Source of the DNA: Fistulifera solaris
Lineage: Eukaryota
Length of the DNA stretch: 64,000 nucleotides
Reading direction: 5' to 3'
Assembly (NCBI GenBank): GCA_030295235.1
Contig: AP026133.1
Location: 248,001-312,000 of the forward strand
In this document: piece by piece, positions 1-12,100 of the stretch
Numbering within the stretch: the first letter of the stretch is position 1
How the letters are laid out: the number at the start of each line of letters is the position of its first letter
Program-made: the position numbers and the translations under genes
The notes under the pieces: generated by a model
Database searches by the model: none
Seen by the model: the letters and a program-made list of their open reading frames with translations, nothing else
What the model was told of the DNA's origin: nothing

Positions 1-61
1 GTTCATCATTTCCTTTATTCATATCAATTAATATAAGAATATCGACAACAACAACAACAAA

Positions 62-2359
62 ATGGTACTTTCGGAAATTAACAACGAGGTGGTATGGCCC
101 GCAGCGTGTCCACATCCGGCGGAACCATGCTTCGTTTCGGTGTTTGTGCGACCCGGTTACTATCATTTTGCGATTCACCGCGAGAAAGACAAAGGTTACA
201 TGCCCGAAACCAACTGGAGGTAAGATGTGAAAATGAAAAAAAATCGTTCGAAAACATGTATGATTGTTGTGATTGTCATTTTGGAGACGACGACGACGAC
301 GACGACTCACTTATCACCATTATTTCTCTCGTTCGTTTTATTATTAGAGTTCCTCGGACCAGTATTCCAGAACAACTCGACGAAGAATCGGACGATTCTC
401 TTTCCAAAATTGGTCAATATTTTCCCCCTTCGACACTGGGATTGTTTTTCCACCATCCATCGATTACGTCCCGACAGTCGCGGAAGTGATTCAGTACATG
501 ACGCTGAAACAATCGGTCCCCGTTTCCTTGTACGTGGTCGGCGGGAACGAAACCATCAATCGCAATTTGCAACAATTGTTTCAACGATACCCGGTCCGTA
601 TCTTGTGTTTGCAATCGACCGATTTTGGTAGACCGCTTCATCCGACTGGTTTATTGGGCGTGACGACGACACACGATGTCGCGGTGGCGGCGTTTGGAGC
701 TTCCCAGTACCCGGCTATGATGGTGGAGTGCAGTGACTGTGTGACGTTTCTCACCGTCCAGGAACCTGGACGGATTACCAGATACTCTATACACGAGGGG
801 ATCGTGACGACCTTGCAGTTGGCGTTCCCCGATGTGGAAGACGGAATGAAGCTTCTTGATGATTTCCTCCAACGAGACGGTCCACTCGTCGACACGGAAC
901 CCGTGGATGCTATTGTGAAAAAGGTATTGAAATCATTCTTGCTCGTCGTGGGGACGACGATGGAGACGTTTGTTCAACTGTACGGGCCGAACATTGTGTT
1001 GCACGGACCCCGCGCGGGTCTCCTTCACGCGCTCTTGCAGCAACACACCAAGGTCGAATTGAAATTTGATTTTGTATCCGATGTACAAGTCGATGATCAT
1101 TACATTCATGCAGCAATCGGCAAGATGTTGATGAAATATGATACGCCGGTGGTTCCGGGATCTTGTCGCGAAACGTGTTTGCAATTTGTCGGACAAAGAA
1201 TCGCCCGTATCTTTGAAACGGAAACGGAGCAGGATTCGATATATCGTGGTATTGTCAGTGGTTTCGGTGCAATCCCACCGGACGGTTCGTGGGATGACAC
1301 TTTATTTGAAGTCATTTACGATGACGGAGATCGCGAGGAAATTAATGTGGAGCAGCTCTACGGTAAGCTTCATTTGTGATGTCTTTTTGACCGACAGAAT
1401 GCAGATCTGACCCCATTCCTTGTCTTTAGCGGCGTTGCGTTTGTACCATACAGTCGGAGAGAAACATCAATTCCCTTCTACGAGTGTTGATGCCATTGCC
1501 TCGAAACGGCAAGCTTCGCAAGCAGGTGCCGCTTTCCTTCTAAAATCGAGTGCGACGGTTCAACGGGCAGTCGAGCGTCAACAAGTCGCATCGTCGGATG
1601 TATCCTACGCAACAGAAAGCGAAGAAGAACCAGCGTGTAAGCGCAAAGGTCCGCAGATACAATCGGTGACTCCTGCAAAGCGTCGGTATCCCAGCAAGCA
1701 GGCGGCACAGAAGCAAACGACCCGGAAATTGACAACAAAGCGGTCAACAAGTATGAAAAGTTCAAACCGTAATACGAACCAGCTTCATGCTGATCAAAGT
1801 CCAACGGATTTCATCGGACAGCGAATTACAAAGTCTTTTGACCAAGGTTACTTTGATGGCACCATTATTTCCTACGATGAAGATGCCAAGTATTGGAAGG
1901 TCCAATACGACGATGGTGACAAGGAAGACTTTGATTATGACGAAGTTACAGAATCGATTAGTCTTAATGTCTTTCTGCATTCAGACCAGACACAATCTGT
2001 TTCGGTTTCTATTAGTGACGGGGAGCAGGGCGGCATTCCTTCAAAGGCAATGGCAGACGAAGCTAAAGAAGGGCTGCATCCTGTGCAATTGACAGGAACG
2101 GAAATGCCTGTTCTCTCGACCAGTATTCATATGCAAGGACTGGCACAAGAGACAAGTCACCAACTTCCTGATGATCAAAAATCCAACCGTGTTCGTCGAG
2201 CGCCGAGTTACGAAGTATTTCGACGGGGTTCGTTACGACGGAACCATCGTTTCGTACGATCAAGATGCCAAGTTTTGGAAGGTCGTGTACGATGATGGTG
2301 ATTCCGAAGAATTTGAATACGACGATGTCGTACACTCGATAAGTCTCTCTATGACTTGA
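62..2359 (+). CDS. Degenerate type III pantothenate-kinase-like region followed by three Tudor-like repeats; one intron (1363-1429), several frameshifts
   Basis: ATG at 62. ORFs 486-1379 and 1420-2295 join in frame across GTAAG...TTTAG (1363-1429), giving LY|AALRLY. Three repeats of GxRxxKxF...Y/F-D/R-G-x-I/V...VxYDDGDxEE at ~1180-1360, ~1805-1965 and ~2190-2355. The PanK-III resemblance is weak and judged by eye. Confidence 0.6.
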
Positions 2360-2778
2360 TGTATTCAAATTAAAGTCAACTTGCTTCGGTTTTCATTAGT
2401 GGCGGGGAGCAGGGCGGAAATCGCTCAATGGTGAAGGCAGACACCAGCAGAAGGAGAGTCTGAACCAGGGCAATCGACAGAAACGGAAATTCCTGCCATC
2501 GCAACAAGCACTGAAGTGTGTCGCAAGAAACAAGTCAAAAGGATCAATTATCGACTATGATAATGATCACGAATCAGTTTTGTCCTCAGTTGCGTTTCTT
2601 GTGTAGGTGAATATCTTGCTATTGTAACGAAACAAGTGACGCACACACTGAGTGAACGTTTGAAGAAAATTGTGCACTAAACCGACTATATCTATCAATG
2701 AGAAGAATGAAAAGTGCATCGTAGCCATTTGGTACTTAAAGGTGACAGCGTGATAAGACAAAATAAAAAAATTACATT

Positions 2779-5700
2779 TACCAAAAAAACCACCTTCCGT
2801 TTGTTTCCTCAACTGTTTTGCCATGTCGGCAAAGTTGGCACTGGCTTCAACCATCTTTTCTGACTTTTCGGCCAGAGAATCTATTTTTCCCCCTCGTTCA
2901 TTCAGTGCATCTCTAGTTTCATTTAAGGTGCCTGTAATACCTGCTACCCCACTACTTACTTTTTCGTCTCCGTCTCCAAACATGAGGTTGCTTGCTTCTT
3001 CAATTATACCACCAAATAGACTGTCACGGTTTTGGAGATCCTCCTGTACAGTTCGGTTTCCTTTATTGGCAAAAGAAGACGGTACTCGGGTTGCGCTGAC
3101 TTTATTTAACACTTCAGGGGCGTTACAAATTTGCCCTGCGTTGAGTGCATCAAATCGCCCAAACAGAAATTGGCCATCGCTAACTCTGTGCTCGGTAAAT
3201 TCGTCCTTGACACGCTTAGTAGAACAGTCATCACAAACATATCGCCTGGATATTCTGCATCGATGTTGACGATTCCTAATGGTACCGAAGGACTTCCAAC
3301 ATATCGCGCAGGATTTTTCATCACTACCACCTGGTTGTCCACTATTCGGGATGGCTGACTTGTTGTCTGAACTTATGAGAGCAAACGGTGTCGCACGACA
3401 AGCTGAAAGTGATATGAACTCATCTCTGGCAGCATTTACTTTATTTTTCCCTCCGAACAGTTCAATTACGTCGAATAGCAACAAATCGAATTCCCTTACA
3501 GGAGCGGCGCTGTCCTTGCGACCTTCAACATCAACGTAATTTATTACGCGCGATCGCGTTGTAAAAGGGTTATCCACCGCTAATCTTCCACCGTTACGAA
3601 TAAGACAGCATGCCACATCCTGGATAGTTTTCATTCGCACCGAAAACTCATCAGGATCACAAAGATTTGCTCGGCTCTTCATATCAGTACCAATACTTGC
3701 TAGAACTTGTAATGGAGTATAGCCAACGTACTCACTGGCATAGTCATCCGAACAAGAGGGAAGAAAGTCCATCCGCTCGTTTGGCTCGAATCCGTGATTC
3801 AGCAATACGGAAACAGTCTGCACACCAGAACTCGAAACAAGAAAGGCCGCTGTTGTTGTTAGGCAAAGCATGGAATGGTGCAGCGGATACCCGTAGAAGG
3901 AATTTAGTGAGCAGTCAGTTGGCAAGGGGAATCGTAGGGGGCAAAACTGTAGGACTACAGTGAGATCCTCATGCCGAAAGGAACAAGCCAAACTTTTTAC
4001 TACTTCGCTGCCTTCACTCAAGCCAAACTCGCCACCGCATCTCTTGAGAATGAGCAAGCACCGTCGTAAAGCATCAGAATCGAATCGACCGGCTTTACGT
4101 CCTTCCATTACGGCAGTGTACATAGGGCTTCTTCCGAATGAAGTGAAGCAGTTTGGATTGATCTTTCTTGTCTGTACCGAAAGAACTACAGATAAAGAAT
4201 TGTCGTCTAAGTTCCTCACACACAAGTGAGCCAAGCTGCTCTCATCTTCCTCCGTCTTTAACGAAACGTTCGCTCCCACATCGACTAGTGCCTTCACCGC
4301 AGCTGACATACCCAGGAAACAAGCAAGCTGCAACGCTGAAAATCCCTTTTCATCTACTCGGTCAACAACCTCCGAAGGTAAGTGAGAGGGCTGCTGATTC
4401 TTCTTCACGTATTTCTTTGTTGCAGCAAGGAGAGCATTCTCGAGATCCTGCTGTCGTCCAGACACAACAAGAGCGTGAAGAGTTCCGAGAACAAATTGAT
4501 GCTTCCATATTCTTTGAGAATCATGTCTGTCTTGATGGGCAGCACACAAGGCTTTCGAGATAACCATTTCCACAGTTGTGGTCTCCAAAAACGCCTCACT
4601 GTCGCTAAATGATGATCCTTTTACGGCTGACAACAAGATGGACTCGAGAGGCGTAAACAAGGTGAAGCAAGATTGCATGCGCTCAGTTCCTTCATGTGGC
4701 AGTGAAAATGAAGTTAAAGGAGAGAGTCCAATTTTGCACATAGATAAATCAATAACGCTTTCGGCTACCCAATACTTCTCAAGCGCGTCACTTCCAATTT
4801 CAACCGAAGAAATATCCAGTATTTCTACAAGCTCTTCGATGCTTTCGGCTCTGCGAACAATAAGAATAAGTGCGGGCTCGTCGTAAACCAGCAACTGTCT
4901 TTCACAGTAGTCCTCTTGTTTCGATTTCCAAAACAAATTCAGCTTTTCACTTTGGGTAACACGGAAGACAGAATGAGTGAACTGCAAGCGTCGAATCCCA
5001 GCGTATGACATCCACCGTAAAGTGTCCCAGTTGTCGCATCCTGAAGATGTGCGCGTAAAAATGACCTCGCCTCCCAGCATACGTTCTTCTTTGTCTCTGA
5101 GTGATTCTTCGATAACTTCATTCAAAGCAACACCATCGCTCTCGTCTTTCTCGCTGTTGTCATCGATTAATATCTTCTCCACGCCATCCTTTGCTACACG
5201 TTCTACTTCTACGGTAGTTGTTTCATCGATAACAAGATGCTTCACATCATCGTTTAGTGCGTCGTCGTCATTTGCGATGACATTCGGCGTCGATTCATCC
5301 CTCCATCGTCTTCATTTTCGATGGCATTAGGCGTCGTTTCATCCTCTCCATCAGAGCTAACATCGTCGACCAAGGAATGTAGTTGCCCGATCTCCGAATG
5401 AGCATCCTTCTCCTGTTCAATGGTTAGACTGTTAGGAGCAATAGCTTAGTCAGCCGAGGGTGGAAGAGTCCACTTTCTCATATGTACTCCATTCACTCAC
5501 CACTGCTTCCTCACCGCTACTGGGTGAAGGCCACTGCGCCAATTCTCGTTCGTGTTCTTGGAGTACAGCCGCCGGCACCGGAGAAAGTTCTTTGGCCACC
5601 AACATTGTGATTGGTCGAGGAGCGAGCTTGATGAGCGCGACCGTATCACCCCACATAACATTGGTCAAAGGACGACGCAAATCGACTCCAGCGGCCTCGC

Positions 5701-7220
5701 GCACGACATCCCCCACGTACAAATCGCCATGACGTACAAACAACGATCCGGGTGTGGATGGTGTCACGTGGAGTACACGAACGATTCCGTCACTACCACG
5801 ATTGAGTTTCACACCGAGAGCTTCGCTGCCAAACACAATGGTACGCTCTTCGCCGCAATGAAAGGTTGTCGAAGTAGGAGATTGTTGAGGCCACGACTTG
5901 GGCATGGGAGGGACTTGTGGTGGAGCCTGTAAGGCTTCCTCTCGCGGAACGAAGCGAGGTGGAGGAAGTTTTGGAACGGTTTTCGAGTACGATGATTTGC
6001 CGGAAACAGTGCCAGCTTCTTTCAAACTGTATTCTTCCTCTTCCAACGCGGCCTTGGCTTTCTCCAAATAGGCTTGATCAAACATACCCAGTGTCTCCCC
6101 ATCAGGAAGTAAATCTTGACACTTTTCAAAGGCATCCACCGCTTGTGCATATTCCCGCATATAAAACAAAGACTTGGCCAACGTCGAATACGCGGCCGGA
6201 GACGGATTCAATTTGATCGCTAGTAAACAATCATTCCGCGCACTTTCGTGTCGACGACTTCCGTTCAAAGCATGAGCACGTCCTAGGTGCAAATCCGGAC
6301 TCAAATGAAAGTCATCCGGAACCAGAAACAATGCCGCCGTGTATTCTTCAATTGCTGCCTTGTATTGTTTTTTTCGTCAAATAGTCATTGGCACGTTTTT
6401 GAATTCTGAGTGCCTCCTCGAAATCCGGATCCTCGTCTTCCGCTGTATCACGGGCGGCCGCCGCCGATACGAGCGCCGATCGACCACTGTGCATGGCAGT
6501 TTGTCGAATCACGGCCGTCGTTTGTGGCTCGGCATGATCGGTAAACACCGAATGTGACGGCGTCAATTGCGTCGATACCGATTCGACTTCCTTCCGTTGG
6601 GCCCTTTCGAATTTGTATTTTGCTTTTTCCAAATACGACTGCGTAACCGCATTGTCGGGTTCGTAGGTCAACGCATCCTGATACGCGGCGACCGCCGCTG
6701 CGTACTGTTTTTGAAAGTAAAGCGCTTGTCCCAATCGAGCATGCGCTTTCCCAAACGTTGGTGCGAGGGCAATGGCCCGTCGGGCATCCGTGGCAGCGGC
6801 TGGGTAACGTTTCAGAGACAACAAGGCCGCGGCTCGATTGCTCAAAAAAATGTGCGACGAAGGTCCGACGGGTGCCAATTGGAGGGCCGCCGAATACGCA
6901 CTGTACGCGCGGGCATATTCTTGAGCCGCCATGTGTTGATTGCCGCGGGCTTTCATTTGTTCGGCTTCCTTTTGTAATTCTTCCAATTGTGCTAAATCCA
7001 ACAAGGCTTCTTCGCCGTCTTTCGCCTTCTCGTCGTCGCTATCCTTCATCGTGATCGGTCGTGGATGATACGCTCTCATTTGACGCCAACCTTCGGCGGA
7101 TGCTAGTGTGGGGGTCGTTGTTGTTCTTGTTGTTCTTGTTGATGATGATGTGGTAGGTTGATAATCGTATTCTTCATCCAAATGGATGGTGGTCGGAGCG
7201 AGTTTTTTGTACGTTGACAT
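2779..7220 (-). CDS. Large multidomain protein: TPR repeats, PDZ-like domain, ankyrin repeats, degenerate FYVE finger and C-terminal R-SNARE coiled coil (frameshift-split)
   Basis: ORF 6348-7220 has SGTA-like TPRs (LSNRAAA...KAHARLG). ORF 5450-6331 has TPR plus PDZ-like LGVKL...GDLYVGDVV. ORF 2567-5245 has ankyrin GFSALQLAC/GRSPMYTAV, FYVE-like CAICWKSF...HRCRIS...CDDC and SNARE-like DALNERGGKIDSL. The gap 5246-5449 reads as acidic coding sequence. The 3' end is uncertain and probably GGFF(W) at the T-run near 2780-2790. Confidence 0.7.
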
Positions 7221-8090
7221 AATTCTCGAATGAGTGTTTCTTCAGGCAACAAAGCCAGACGGCGTTTTTTCTATTTTATTTGCACCAGGAAACTTGTCGA
7301 CTGAATCAATGATAGCAGGTAATACTTGGGTAGACAAGAAAATGGTTGAATGAATATCTGCAGCGAAATAAAATCCAGTCGTCAAAACCTAAGAATGGAG
7401 AGGTTGTAGATCGGAATCAAGGCAAGTAGGTCTTTCTTTGTCTATTGGTGGAAGTGAAGGATGGAATCGAATCATCATTATTTATCATTTGCCCCTATTG
7501 TGTTATTCAACGGTCGCAATACGGAGTGATGTTGCCGTTGAACGTGGACGAAAGAGAAAGAGAGAGTTTTATTGTGAGTTACTCCGTAACAGAAACTGTA
7601 GTCTGAGTGAATCCGATCGGTATTCACCAAATGTAAGTACAGAACTATTAGGCCACGAATGGATTTCAGTCATGAGTCAAGTGTTCGTTGGCCACAAAAA
7701 TGGGAAAGACCCGATGTTCGAATCTTTATGGCTCGAGGAGTCTTCGATTGCGCATTCCTCTCATTAAAAAATGGTTCCTTTATGAATAATATTCGTTGAG
7801 TCTCATAGGTGTCAATTGTTGTGTTTGGCGTTGAAAGAAATGCTCCTCCTCCCACTCTCTCTGCTTTGTACTTTGTAGACAGATAGAGTAGAAGAGCCCC
7901 GCCTTTTCTCGTGACTGGATTCAGTCGGGGCGAATCGGGTCGTTTTCGTTGTTGGGGCATCACCATGCTTTTCGTTTCTCCCGTTTTTTTTCTCTCTCTC
8001 TCTCGTTGCATTGTTATGATTCTTTCTTCCATTCGATGCTCCTTGTTGCAGAGCATTATTACTATTATTATCATTATCATTATTATTATT

Positions 8091-8482
8091 ATGGCTTCCT
8101 TCGATTTTGATCTCTTTCCCATTTACGTCGCGGCGCAACTTTTGGAGACACACGATGATTTGCAGAAAAACGACGACGACGAGACGATCCATTGGTATTG
8201 GAGATCATCATCGTCGTCGTCGTCGTGCCGCCTTTGGATCGACGCCTCGTGGGAACTGCAACGCCCCCATCAAACCATTTGGAAATTAGGTTGCTTACAA
8301 ACAAAAGACACGAATGATAATGATAATAATGATGGTGGTGTTTATCTGCAGAGTGATGCCTTGACCGAAATGGACGTTCGACAATTTTTCGAAACGAAAT
8401 TGGCCATTTTAGTGGATCATTCTTCAACCTATTCGTTGGCGCAAATGTTCGCCCAGGCACTTCAACAAGCACATTCTTCTTC

Positions 8483-8518
<36 letters not shown>

Positions 8519-8756
8519 GTCTTTTGACAATTCCATCCATCTGTACTTTTCCGATTTACAAATGACCGCAGCGTTCCCTTTGGTCAGCGACACGACCGGA
8601 ACACGCACGACAGTACCACCCATTCTTTTATCGCGATTGCAATATCAAGGTCCGGCTCCACTGAATTCCCAGAAAAGGAGGAGGAGAAGGAACAAGAAGG
8701 AGAAGAAGAAGATGTTCGGCGTGCCGTACAAAGGTGGAAATCCCAATTTTTATTAA
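8091..8756 (+). CDS. Hypothetical protein with poly-Ser tracts and a basic C-terminus
   Basis: ATG at 8091 inside ORF 7911-8756, open to TAA. Basic KRRRRRNKKEKKK tail. No family recognised. Confidence 0.55.
8475..8522. repeat. (TCT)n(TCA)n trinucleotide microsatellite encoding poly-Ser
   Basis: Directly visible ttcttcttcttcatcatcatca... run. Confidence 0.9.
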
Positions 8757-9180
8757 AACCGACGATCCTTTCACCGCCCCCCGCCAAGCATGCTTCACCC
8801 CAAGGCACCAAAACAAAAAAGGATCAAGGAAAGTCTCCTCCTCGCAAGCATGGATTGGTCAAAGTGGCGCGGCCCACGCGGAAGCCGGGTCTCAAATTCA
8901 AGGGACAGGGATGACGCGTGTTGTAGTTTGCAATACTTGTACATAGGGTTCGGTCGGCATTTCCACACGACACGCTGGATTGGCTGTTTCAGTACTGTGC
9001 ATTCCGATACAAGAGAGCGTCAAAGTGTCTTTCACTTTACTTTTCCCTTTCGAACAATCTATCGTGGTCAAAGCTAAATTAGTCATGGTTAATAATTTTG
9101 TGTTTATAACTCTATTTTTACTTTCACATTATTAACATTCGCGTAATTTTGAAATTATCTCCAACCAACCTTGCTTGCTT

Positions 9181-12100
9181 TCAGGCATAATAATGGGGGG
9201 AACTGACCACATCCTCCAACGCCTCGAGTTGCTCTTGCGTGAACACACGGCGTTGCAATTCCCAATTATCCGACATGTGAGTGCGTTTGTATTCGGCACA
9301 GCATTTCTTTACAGTGTCCCGGACTCCCAAAGGAGCATTGCGCTCAAACGAGTGTTTGGATATAGCCGCAATGGCCACCGGAACAAATGGAACCGTTTCG
9401 TATGGCTGTGACATGATGGCGGCGCACAAAAAATAAACAGCGTTTTGTTGATTTCGAGCTCGTTTGATCTCATTCGCTTTTCCTTTCTCATCCAGTGTTT
9501 CAAAAGATATCTTGGGTGCTCCCTTTTTCGCTCTTTTAATAATGCTCTTGGATGCAAGAGCAGCATATTTGTCGACTAGTATCGCAACGTCAGCCTCTTT
9601 CATGGATGCCAGAATTCCAGTAAGCGCCGCCATGGCTGCAGATGAAACTTCCCTTCGATCATCTGCCAACAAATCCGTCACAATCTTCATCGTGCGAGTG
9701 CTCTGCTCCTCCGAAAAGAGAAATTTGTGTGCTCCCTGGAAGCAGCGGATGAAGTTGGCACTTGCGTGACGAATTTGCCATTTGTCGTGTCGGCGAGCAG
9801 CATCGACAGCATCGAGTACGCGGTCAAAGTCTTGATTATGGCCGTAGGAAATTACCGAAGTAACGCTCACCTCGGCGATCGCAAAGCGGAAAACTTTCAC
9901 AACTTCCGCTTCGAGTGCCCGCTTGGCCGCGTTCTCCTCGCTGGTATCGTTCGAATCGGCCGGGTCATCTTCTATAGATGATCTTAAAGCTTCAAAGGCC
10001 ATCGGTAGAAGTGGAATGACATACTCGGAATACTCGAATTTGGCTTCACCAAGGTTAACGCAATAGGAGATAAAGCGGCGCGCGGTACTTAGAGCATTCT
10101 GTCTGTCTTGGAAGGACCATCCTTCGCTTGACCTCAGAGAAGCCAATTTGTCGACTATCATAGAACCAGGATTCCTCTGCTTTGTCGTTACGTCAGCTGG
10201 TCCATCTGACCTCGTAAAGTAAGTCAAGCGGTTTGCAGAACGAGAAGCATCCACTCGAGCCTGTTTCCGATGGCAGTAGCAGATACGAAAAAGACAGCGA
10301 GCTATATGGTCACGGCACGTATCAAATGGATGACCAAGAGCGGAGGTTAGTTTTGGAAGCAATTTATCAATGACGAGGTCCCACGAATTTTCGAGATCAG
10401 TCGCTGGTAAATCTACATCCATTGCGGACAGATCTGTAAGTTGTGCAGAGTACCACGAGGATGCGCTCAAAGATCCATCAATTTCACTATCATCCATCTC
10501 AATCAGAACGGCTGACAGCAAATACAGCCATTTTGATTGTATAGTAAACCCCTCTGTTCCCCCAGTCGTACTTGTAGGTGATATTCCTTCCGAATCTAGA
10601 CCTGTCTGAGGCTCCCATAGGGTGGACAGGATTTTATCAACAAGCCACTCAGTCAGAACGATAAATGAACCCGTATTTGCAAACTGTAATGCGTAGCGCA
10701 GTGCATCAAAGTACGCTGCTGACAGCACAAAGGGTATTTTTGTAACAACATCATCAAGATACGGCAAAGTAGAGACTCCCACTGTGTCCTGTTGTCCCCA
10801 GGAGATCTCACAATGTAACCACTGATGCCAGCGAATACCTCCGCTGATGTGACTTGCTGATTCTTCTGGTCTTCGTTCGGAGGCGCTTCTACCATTTCTT
10901 TTGCTGCTTGGAGAAGGCCCTTGATTGCCACTCCCGCTATGTCTTTCTTTACTGCAGCCAAGACGCTCTCAACTAATTGTGAGTGAGACACCTTGAAAGA
11001 TCCCATACTTTGACTTGTTCGCTGAAAAGGAAAAAGATTTTTCAAAGCAACATTGCGCGAAGCATCTCGAAGAATATCTTCCACACCAGCTGACCATTGC
11101 GCATCATATCCACCTGCAACACTTGTGTCTTCTCGATGATCGAATACCAATGCTTGTCCAAAAGCTCTCATGAAACCTTCCGAAGACAACTTTCCCGAAA
11201 GAATCCGAGCGTCCGCTTGATGGCTTTTGCCTGCTATTGAAACAAGTCGGCCAAGCAATCCTAGAGCCACGCGCTGAAGTGGCTGAGCGGTTTCCGTTTC
11301 AATGATTCGAAAGCATGTATCCCAAGTGCGTGTATATTGTTCATGGATAGAGCTGCTTCGCTGGTCCCCATCCACCAGTGTCAAAAGAAACCACCCACCT
11401 AACAATAGCTTGCGCCAATGCACGGCCACCGATTCGGCGTCACCATTGGTACCCTCTATTTTCTTCTCCGCCAAGATGTCGTTAGCGAACGACATGCTTT
11501 TCAAATAGGCCTCTTTGTCTGCATCTGTTACTCGCGGCAAATAGTAGATCTTGGAGCGGTAAGGCGAAAAGACCACTTGCAAATAGTGAACAATTTTTGA
11601 ACTTCTTCAGCCGGTAAAAGTGATACCAGTCGATCTGTACCACATAGGGTCTGGGCAAGTTGTAATCTCATAGATTCAGTTGCAAGAAGTTGTTTCAACG
11701 ACCGGCCTAGAGCAAGAATAGAACATACTCCTTTTATAGCCTCCGCCAGTCTCTTTCGTTTTCCTTGATTGTTCACCTTGCTGACTAGCATCGAACAAGA
11801 AGGAAATCCAAATTTACCATTTAGCTGCGCATCATTTAAAGAGATTGCCGACAATAGGCGAGGTACTCGTGAAGCCACCAACCATGCAAACCTTGTCACA
11901 GCATAGTCCATGACGCCAACCGCAGAAGCCCTCACTTGCGTATTGGAATGGCAACAAAGGGCACATAAGCCATCCACAATTCCTTCGTACGTGTCCAAGG
12001 GCCTATTGCCCGACAAACACAATAGATCTTCCAAATAATGTAGCGTTTCGGGCAAAGAATTCTTCATACTGAACAAAATGGAACGAGGATTCGAACAAGA

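Noticed and set aside
7438..8517. Poly-Met, poly-Ile and poly-Asn ORFs on alternative frames
   Set aside because: They are by-products of ATT/TCA microsatellites.
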